Below are positions 22,432-29,062 of a stretch of 32,000 nt of DNA, piece after piece (position 1 is the stretch's first letter; each line of letters opens with the position of its first letter). The DNA lies in the sequence record CM128185.1, one strand, 5' to 3'. Made by a program: the position numbers and the translations under genes. The notes below the pieces were generated by a model, which was not told the DNA's origin, did not search any database, and worked only from the letters and a program-made list of their open reading frames with translations.

Positions 22432-22506
22432 GGGGCTGTAGTTCAATTGGCTCAGAGCGCCGCCCTGTCACGGCGGAGGTTGCGGGTTCGAAGCCCGTCA
22501 GTCCCG
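22432..22506 (+). tRNA. trnD(GUC): tRNA-Asp (anticodon GUC)
   Basis: Acceptor GGGGCTG/CAGTCCC (one G-U pair), D stem GTTC/GAGC, anticodon stem CCGCC/GGCGG with loop CTGTCAC, T arm GCGGG-TTCGAAG-CCCGC. Confidence 0.9.
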
Positions 22507-22523
22507 TATAAAAAACATACAGT

Positions 22524-22570
22524 AAATTTAACAAAATTAGAGTAAATTATACTCTAATTTTGTTAAATTT
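22524..22570 (+). terminator. 21-bp perfect inverted repeat after trnD
   Basis: AAATTTAACAAAATTAGAGTA (22524-22544) pairs with TACTCTAATTTTGTTAAATTT (22550-22570). The loop is 5 nt. Confidence 0.55.
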
Positions 22571-22708
22571 AATCATAATTAATTAAGGTGCGTTTATGTT
22601 AATTATAACAAAATTAGTAATTATACTGTAATAAAAAAAATTTTTAGTTCTTATATTTTGAATAATACTTTGAATATTAAATAAAAAGTAATAGTTTTTT
22701 TTTTTAAT

Positions 22709-22793
22709 GCATCCATGGCAGAGTGGTCGATCGCACCGCACTCATAATGCGGTTCTTTTTAAGGCGCCGTTGGTTCAAACCCAACTGGATGCA
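22709..22793 (+). tRNA. trnI(CAU): CAU-anticodon tRNA resembling plastid tRNA-Ile(CAU, lysidine type) but with a 16-nt variable region
   Basis: Acceptor GCATCCA/TGGATGC and the 5' GCATCCATGGC resemble plastid trnI(CAU). Anticodon stem CCGCA/TGCGG with loop CTCATAA, T arm GTTGG-TTCAAAC-CCAAC. Sixteen nt (TTCTTTTTAAGGCGCC) lie between the anticodon and T stems. Total length is 85 nt. Isoacceptor identity is inferred. Confidence 0.7.
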
Positions 22794-22803
22794 AATATTT
22801 AAT

Positions 22804-22883
22804 TGCCTTTGGTCGGACTCGAACCGACACGTCAAAGACATCAGTTCCTAAAACTGACACGTATACCATTTCGTCACAAAGGC
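22804..22883 (-). tRNA. trnL(UAG): tRNA-Leu (anticodon UAG), class II
   Basis: The reverse complement is GCCTTTGTGACGAAATGGTATACGTGTCAGTTTTAGGAACTGATGTCTTTGACGTGTCGGTTCGAGTCCGACCAAAGGCA. Acceptor GCCTTTG/CAAAGGC, anticodon stem TCAGT/ACTGA with loop TTTAGGA, variable arm GTC-TTT-GAC, T arm GTCGG-TTCGAGT-CCGAC. Confidence 0.88.
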
Positions 22884-22932
22884 TTTTACTTTAAATTACT
22901 CTATTTTTTAAATAGAGTAATTTAAAGTGAAA
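22884..22932 (-). terminator. long inverted repeat between the rbcL stop and the trnL(UAG) 5' end (predicted rbcL 3' stem-loop)
   Basis: ACTTTAAATTACTCTATTT (22888-22906) pairs with AAATAGAGTAATTTAAAGT (22910-22928), a 19-bp perfect stem. One G-U and three A-T pairs extend it. It abuts trnL(UAG) nucleotide 1 at 22883. Confidence 0.65.
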
Positions 22933-22941
22933 GTTACAAAC

Positions 22942-24369
22942 TTATAGAGTATCTACAGTATCAAATTCAAATTTGATTTCTTTCCATACTTCACAAGCTG
23001 CAGCTAATTCAGGGCTCCATTTACAAGCAGCGCGAATAACATCGCCACCTTCACGAGCAAGGTCACGACCTTCGTTACGAGCTTGTACACATGCTTCAAG
23101 TGCTACACGGTTTGCAGCAGCACCAGGTGCATTACCCCAAGGGTGTCCTAAAGTACCACCACCAAATTGTAAACAAGCATCATCACCAAAAATTTCTACA
23201 AGAGCTGGCATGTGCCATACGTGAATACCACCAGAAGCTACTGGCATTACACCTGGTAATGATACCCAGTCTTGAGTAAAGTAAACACCACGACTACGAT
23301 CTTTTTCGATGTAATCATCACGCATTAAATCAACGAAACCTAAAGTAACTTCACGTTCACCTTCTAGTTTACCTACAACAGTACCTGAGTGTAAATGGTC
23401 ACCCCCAGATAAACGAAGAGCTTTTGCTAAAACACGGAAGTGCATACCATGATTTTTTTGACGGTCAATTACAGCGTGCATTGCACGGTGAATGTGTAGT
23501 AATAAACCCTCATCACGACAATAATGCGCTAAAGTAGTATTTGTAGTAAAACCACCAGTAAGGTAATCGTGCATAATGATTGGTACACCAAGATCTTTAG
23601 CTAATTCTGCACGTTTTAGTACTTCTTCATTTGTAGCTGCTGTTGCATTTAAATAGTGACCTTTAATTTCACCAGTCTCAGCTTGAGATTTATAAATAGC
23701 TTCAGCAACAAATAAGAAACGGTCTCTCCAACGCATAAAAGGTTGTGAGTTTACGTTTTCATCATCTTTTGTAAAATCAAGACCACCACGTAAACATTCG
23801 TATACAGCACGGCCGTAATTTTTAGCAGAAAGACCTAGTTTTGGTTTAATTGTACAACCTAATAATGAACGACCATATTTGTTAAGTTTATCACGTTCAA
23901 CTTGGATACCATGTGGAGGTCCTTGGAACGTTTTAACATATGCTGGTGGAATACGAAGATCTTCTAGACGTAATGCACGAAGTGCTTTAAATCCAAAAAC
24001 GTTACCTACAATTGATGTAAATAAGTTTGTTACAGAGCCTTCTTCAAAAAGATCAATTGGATATGCAACATATGCAATATATTGATTTTCTTCGCCTGCT
24101 ACTGGTTCAAGATCATAGCAACGTCCTTTATAACGGTCTAAACTAGTTAAACCATCAGTCCAAACAGTCGTCCAAGTACCTGTTGAAGATTCTGCTGCAA
24201 CAGCTGCACCACATTCTTCTGGTGGAACGCCTGGTTGAGGAGTCATACGGAAAGCTGCTAAAATATCCGTATCTTTTGTTTGGTAATCAGGAGTATAATA
24301 AGTTAAACGATAATCTTTAACACCTGCTTTAAAACCTGAACTGGTTTTTGTTTCTGTTTGTGGAGCCAT
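22942..24369 (-). CDS. rbcL: RuBisCO large subunit (form I)
   Basis: 475 aa from [29 protein letters not shown], with [23 protein letters not shown] (the catalytic Lys region). It is full length with no intron. Confidence 0.99.
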   Translation of the reverse strand: MAPQTETKTSSGFKAGVKDYRLTYYTPDYQTKDTDILAAFRMTPQPGVPPEECGAAVAAESSTGTWTTVWTDGLTSLDRYKGRCYDLEPVAGEENQYIAYVAYPIDLFEEGSVTNLFTSIVGNVFGFKALRALRLEDLRIPPAYVKTFQGPPHGIQVERDKLNKYGRSLLGCTIKPKLGLSAKNYGRAVYECLRGGLDFTKDDENVNSQPFMRWRDRFLFVAEAIYKSQAETGEIKGHYLNATAATNEEVLKRAELAKDLGVPIIMHDYLTGGFTTNTTLAHYCRDEGLLLHIHRAMHAVIDRQKNHGMHFRVLAKALRLSGGDHLHSGTVVGKLEGEREVTLGFVDLMRDDYIEKDRSRGVYFTQDWVSLPGVMPVASGGIHVWHMPALVEIFGDDACLQFGGGTLGHPWGNAPGAAANRVALEACVQARNEGRDLAREGGDVIRAACKWSPELAAACEVWKEIKFEFDTVDTL

Positions 24370-24629
24370 TTTTAATAAATTATTATTTTATTTTACGATT
24401 AGAAATCTACCCGAAATATTAGTTAAATTTTATTGTAATAAATAAAAATTTTTTATTTATTTTTATAATAGCATATAAATATTATTTATACAAAATATTG
24501 TTATAATTTCAATATTTGAATATTGAAATTAATACCGCATTCTTCTTAATATATATATATATTCTAATATTTTTAAAAATTAAATTTTATATATTATATA
24601 TTATATCAAATATTATAAGGATTACCAAA

Positions 24630-24932
24630 ATGTCAAAAAAAAGTATGATTGAGCGTGAAAAAACACGTTTTGCGTTAGTGCAAAAATATTTAAAAAAACG
24701 TCAAGATATAAAAAGCGCGCTAAAACAAGCAAACTCAATGGAAGAAAAATTTCAGTTACAAATAAAATTGCAACAATTACCTAGAAATAGTGCCCCAAGT
24801 CGATTACATAATCGCTGTAATATTACTGGAAGACCTAAAGGATTTTATAGAAATTTTAATTTATCTCGTAATACATTACGAGAATATGCACTAAAAGGAT
24901 TATTACCCGGAGTTAAAAAGTCAAGTTGGTAA
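24630..24932 (+). CDS. rps14: ribosomal protein S14 (uS14)
   Basis: 100 aa from [20 protein letters not shown]...[28 protein letters not shown]...RE.A..G.LPGV.KSSW. The start is ATG 24630. The 38 upstream codons in the ORF track are AT-rich spacer read from a non-ATG start. Confidence 0.95.
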   Translation: MSKKSMIEREKTRFALVQKYLKKRQDIKSALKQANSMEEKFQLQIKLQQLPRNSAPSRLHNRCNITGRPKGFYRNFNLSRNTLREYALKGLLPGVKKSSW

Positions 24933-24974
24933 TTTTTTTTAATTAAAAAAAAATTTAATTCTTTTAATTTTTTA

Positions 24975-25004
24975 TTTTTTTAGCGGGTTGCCCCGCTAAA
25001 AAAA
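24975..25004. terminator. stem-loop with G/C core flanked by T-run and A-run, between convergent rps14 and psbA (bidirectional terminator-like)
   Basis: TTTTTTTAGCGGG (24975-24987), loop TTGC, then CCCGCTAAAAAAA (24992-25004). The stem is 13 bp and perfect. It is symmetric, so it looks like a hairpin plus U-tract on both strands. Confidence 0.65.
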
Positions 25005-25022
25005 AAGATTAGAGTTTAAATA

Positions 25023-26102
<1,080 letters not shown>

Positions 26103-26130
26103 TTATAAAAGGGATTCTCTCAAAATTAAA

Positions 26131-26136
26131 ATTATA
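26131..26136 (-). promoter_or_regulatory. possible -10 box (TATAAT, preceded by TG) for psbA
   Basis: The minus strand reads ...CATAATTGTATAATTTTAATTTTGAGAG..., about 47 nt upstream of the psbA ATG. I found no convincing TTGACA-like -35 at 17-18 nt. Confidence 0.3.
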
Positions 26137-26191
26137 CAATTATGTATAAATATTTGCATTAATTTTTAATTTGTTAATATTTATATTAATT

Positions 26192-26255
26192 AAAATTATC
26201 TGCAAATTTATTGCTTTTTTTTTAATTAAAAAGTAATAAATTTGCAGATAATTTT
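26192..26255. repeat. long near-continuous hairpin (21-bp perfect arms plus pairing inside the spacer) in the divergent psbA/clpP intergenic region
   Basis: AAAATTATCTGCAAATTTATT (26192-26212) pairs with AATAAATTTGCAGATAATTTT (26235-26255). In the 22-nt spacer, CTTTTT pairs with AAAAAG. Confidence 0.75.
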
Positions 26256-26352
26256 TCTATTACTTTGACAGTTAGTAACTAATTTTTTGTTTTTCTAAAA
26301 AATTAATAAAATTAAAGCAGAATAAAATAACTTAATAAAATTAATAAAAAAA

Positions 26353-26967
26353 ATGCCTATCGGTGTACCAAAAGTCCCATTTCGCCTTCCAGGCGAGCTT
26401 GATGCTCAATGGGTTGATTTATATAATCGATTATATAGAGAACGTGTTCTTTTTCTGTGTCAAGATTTGGAAGATGAATTAGCTAATCAGTTGATTGGTA
26501 TTATGTTGTATTTAAATGCAGAAGAAGAAACCAATGATGTATTTCTTTATATTAACTCTCCTGGTGGGTCTGCAATTTGTGGTATAGCTGTTTTTGATGC
26601 TATTAATTATATAAATGCTGAAGTTACTACAATTTGTGCTGGTACTGCTTCTTCAATGGCTTCTTTTGTATTAGCTGGTGGGGCAAGAGGAAATCGAATT
26701 GCATTACCTCATGCCCGTGTGATGCTGCATCAACCAGAAGGTGGAAGTAAAGGACAAGCGGCAGAAGTAATTTATGAATCTTTAGAAGTAGTACGGATTA
26801 GACACCAAATAGGTCGTATTTACGCTGAGCGTACTGGGCAACCCTTAAACAAAGTATCAGCTGATTTAGACCGAGACGTTTTTTTATCTGCGCAAGAAGC
26901 AAAAAATTATGGCATTGTAGATAAAGTTGTGGTTAATATGGCAAATATGTACCCTGAACGTAATTAA
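26353..26967 (+). CDS. clpP: ATP-dependent Clp protease proteolytic subunit
   Basis: 204 aa from [15 protein letters not shown]...[10 protein letters not shown], with INSPGGS, a catalytic Ser context (GTASSMASF) and HARVMLHQP. It is compact, with no introns or insertions. Confidence 0.97.
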   Translation: MPIGVPKVPFRLPGELDAQWVDLYNRLYRERVLFLCQDLEDELANQLIGIMLYLNAEEETNDVFLYINSPGGSAICGIAVFDAINYINAEVTTICAGTASSMASFVLAGGARGNRIALPHARVMLHQPEGGSKGQAAEVIYESLEVVRIRHQIGRIYAERTGQPLNKVSADLDRDVFLSAQEAKNYGIVDKVVVNMANMYPERN

Positions 26968-27186
26968 AAATTTTAAATAAAATAATATTTAGTAATTTAA
27001 ATTTAATTTTATATTTAATAGATTTTTTTCATTTAAAAATAAGAATTTTTTTATGCTTTAAAAAAAGTAGTATAATAAATAATAAGATAAAATCAGCCTA
27101 ATTGCGGTAATATATTTTTTAAAAAATCTAAATTATATTATTAAATTAATTAAATAAGAGATTTTTTAATTTTAAAAATTAAAATT

Positions 27187-27834
27187 ATGAGTAAAATTTA
27201 CGATTGGTTTGAAGAACGCCTTGAAATTCAATCAATTGCTGATGATATTTCCAGTAAATATGTACCACCACACGTTAATATTTTTTATTGCTTTGGTGGA
27301 ATAACATTTACTTGCTTTTTAGTTCAAGTAGCTACAGGATTTGCGATGACTTTTTATTATCGACCGACAGTAGCTGAAGCTTTTACTTCTGTTCAATATT
27401 TAATGACGCAAGTTAATTTTGGTTGGTTAATTCGTTCTATTCATAGATGGTCAGCAAGTATGATGGTTTTGATGATGATTCTTCATATTTTTCGTGTTTA
27501 TCTAACTGGTGGCTTTAAAAAACCACGCGAATTAACTTGGGTAACTGGTGTATTAATGGCCGTATGTACTGTTTCATTTGGGGTAACGGGTTATTCTTTA
27601 CCGTGGGATCAGATCGGGTATTGGGCTGTTAAAATTGTAACTGGTGTTCCAGATGCTATTCCAGTAATAGGGCCAGGTGTTGTTGAACTTTTACGTGGGG
27701 GTGTTGCTGTTGGTCAATCCACATTAACACGTTTTTACAGTTTACATACTTTTGTATTACCTCTTTTTACAGCCGTGTTTATGCTAATGCATTTTTTAAT
27801 GATTCGCAAACAAGGTATATCTGGACCACTTTAA
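27187..27834 (+). CDS. petB: cytochrome b6
   Basis: 215 aa from [40 protein letters not shown]...[36 protein letters not shown]. Uninterrupted. Confidence 0.98.
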   Translation: MSKIYDWFEERLEIQSIADDISSKYVPPHVNIFYCFGGITFTCFLVQVATGFAMTFYYRPTVAEAFTSVQYLMTQVNFGWLIRSIHRWSASMMVLMMILHIFRVYLTGGFKKPRELTWVTGVLMAVCTVSFGVTGYSLPWDQIGYWAVKIVTGVPDAIPVIGPGVVELLRGGVAVGQSTLTRFYSLHTFVLPLFTAVFMLMHFLMIRKQGISGPL

Positions 27835-27882
27835 AATAATAACTCGCAAAAGAAACAATTATAAAAAAGATCCAAACTCATT

Positions 27883-28365
27883 ATGGCTGTTACAAAAAAA
27901 CCAGATTTATCAGACCCTCAATTACGTGCTAAATTAGCAAAAGGTATGGGCCACAACTACTATGGCGAACCGGCATGGCCGAACGATATATTTTACATGT
28001 TCCCTGTTGTAATTTTTGGGACTTTTGCTGGCGTTATTGGTCTAGCTGTATTAGACCCAGCAGCAATTGGCGAGCCAGCAAATCCATTTGCTACTCCATT
28101 AGAAATTCTTCCAGAATGGTATTTTTACCCTGTTTTTCAACTTTTACGTACTGTTCCTAATAAACTGTTAGGTGTTCTTTTAATGGCTGCTGTTCCGGCA
28201 GGTTTAATTACAGTGCCTTTTATTGAAAATATTAATAAATTCCAAAATCCATTTCGCCGTCCTGTTGCTACGACAGTATTTTTAGTTGGTACTGTTGCAG
28301 CAATTTGGTTAGGTATTGGTGCTGCTTTACCAATTGATATCTCATTAACTCTAGGGTTATTTTAA
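27883..28365 (+). CDS. petD: cytochrome b6f complex subunit IV
   Basis: 160 aa from [44 protein letters not shown]...[16 protein letters not shown]. Uninterrupted. Confidence 0.98.
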   Translation: MAVTKKPDLSDPQLRAKLAKGMGHNYYGEPAWPNDIFYMFPVVIFGTFAGVIGLAVLDPAAIGEPANPFATPLEILPEWYFYPVFQLLRTVPNKLLGVLLMAAVPAGLITVPFIENINKFQNPFRRPVATTVFLVGTVAAIWLGIGAALPIDISLTLGLF

Positions 28366-28394
28366 TATTTATTGTAATGTATGTTTTTTGTTAC

Positions 28395-28424
28395 TTGACA
28401 AATTATTATTACTAAAAGTAGTAT
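28395..28424 (+). promoter_or_regulatory. candidate sigma70-type (PEP) promoter in the petD-trnC spacer
   Basis: TTGACA (28395-28400), an 18-nt spacer, then TAGTAT (28419-28424). This is the third copy of ACTTGACAAA(T). Unlike the other two, the next tRNA lies about 170 nt downstream. Confidence 0.4.
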
Positions 28425-28560
28425 TGTAAATATGATTTAGTACTCTGCGGTAACTAGCTTGAAATTATGTAAGGACTGAAAAGGAGCAACATTCTAAGCT
28501 GATAAAACCACGAGGGTTCTATAGGTGGGTTTACTCACCTATTCTAAATCTGAACACTCT

Positions 28561-28595
28561 TTCAAATGATTCAAAATAATTTTGAATCATTTGAA
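28561..28595 (+). terminator. 17-bp perfect inverted repeat ending 1 nt before trnC
   Basis: TTCAAATGATTCAAAAT (28561-28577) pairs with ATTTTGAATCATTTGAA (28579-28595). Confidence 0.55.
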
Positions 28596-28596
28596 G

Positions 28597-28669
28597 GGCG
28601 GCATAGCCAAGTGGTAAGGCAAAGGATTGCAAATCCTTCATTTCCTCAGTTCAAGTCTGAGTGCCGCCT
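28597..28669 (+). tRNA. trnC(GCA): tRNA-Cys (anticodon GCA)
   Basis: Acceptor GGCGGCA/TGCCGCC, D region GCC..GGC, anticodon stem AAGGA/TCCTT with loop TTGCAAA, T arm CTCAG-TTCAAGT-CTGAG. Confidence 0.88.
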
Positions 28670-29062
28670 ATATTATATTTAACTACCAACTAAAAAATGA
28701 CATTAGTTATCGCTCTTACTTTTTTTGTACAAGTTACGCCTTATATATATACTAATTGACAACAAAATATTGAAAATATGGTTTATATTAATTAACAGTT
28801 ACTAACAACTAATTAATTTACCATTTTCTTGTTTTCTAGATAAAGAAATTAATATTTGAGCCAATTTTATATTTTAAGTGAACAAAAAATTATTAATTTC
28901 GCGGTATTATAAAATTTTTTTTTATTAGTTTTCAAAATTTTTAAATCTATGAATTTTAATATATATATTGAACTAATTTCTAAAATATTATAGTTAGACT
29001 ACGTGATAGAAATTATTAAAAAAAATCTTTTTAGTAGTAATTTTTTCTAATATAAAATAAAG

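Noticed and set aside
22596-22631. An 11-codon ORF (MLIITKLVIIL) preceded by AAGGTG in the trnD-trnI spacer.
   Set aside because: It is far too short, matches no known small plastid protein that I recognise, and is easily produced by chance in AT-rich DNA.
22973-24085. Three plus-strand ORFs (22973-23224, 23091-23279, 23879-24085) antisense to rbcL.
   Set aside because: rbcL is complete and canonical on the minus strand. The antisense ORFs are Ala/Ser/Pro/His-rich artefacts of its codon bias.
24516-24629. ORF-track N-terminal extension of rps14 ([38 protein letters not shown]).
   Set aside because: It starts at a non-ATG codon in a pure A/T spacer that contains a near-palindrome (24506-24531) and AT microsatellite. 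S14 homology and an ATG begin at 24630.
26265-26270. TTGACA hexamers at 26265-26270 (upstream of clpP) and 28756-28761 (upstream of rpoB), considered as promoters.
   Set aside because: Neither has a TATAAT-like hexamer 16-19 nt downstream, and neither carries the ACTTGACAAA flanks. They are left uncalled.
27975-28160. Plus-strand 61-aa ORF in an alternative frame inside petD.
   Set aside because: It is an out-of-frame overlap with canonical petD. It is Cys/Trp/Ser-rich with no family features.
28441-28465. Resemblance of ACTCTGCGGTAACTAGCT to segments of 5S rRNA (ACTCTACTGCGGTGACGATACT) and RNase P RNA (GGTGCGGTAAGAGC).
   Set aside because: The match is only about 10-15 nt. The rest of the segment shows none of the other conserved 5S or RNase P blocks, and the length (about 165 nt including hairpins) does not fit rnpB. 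I treat it as coincidence, and the element remains unclassified.
28697-28759. A 20-codon ORF (MTLVIALTFFVQVTPYIYTN, TGA stop) in the trnC-rpoB spacer. I considered it as a small thylakoid protein gene.
   Set aside because: It does not match psaM, petN, psbM, ycf12, psbT or other small plastid proteins I can recall. It has no SD box and is too short for a full transmembrane helix plus anchors. It would also be the only TGA-terminated gene in the window.
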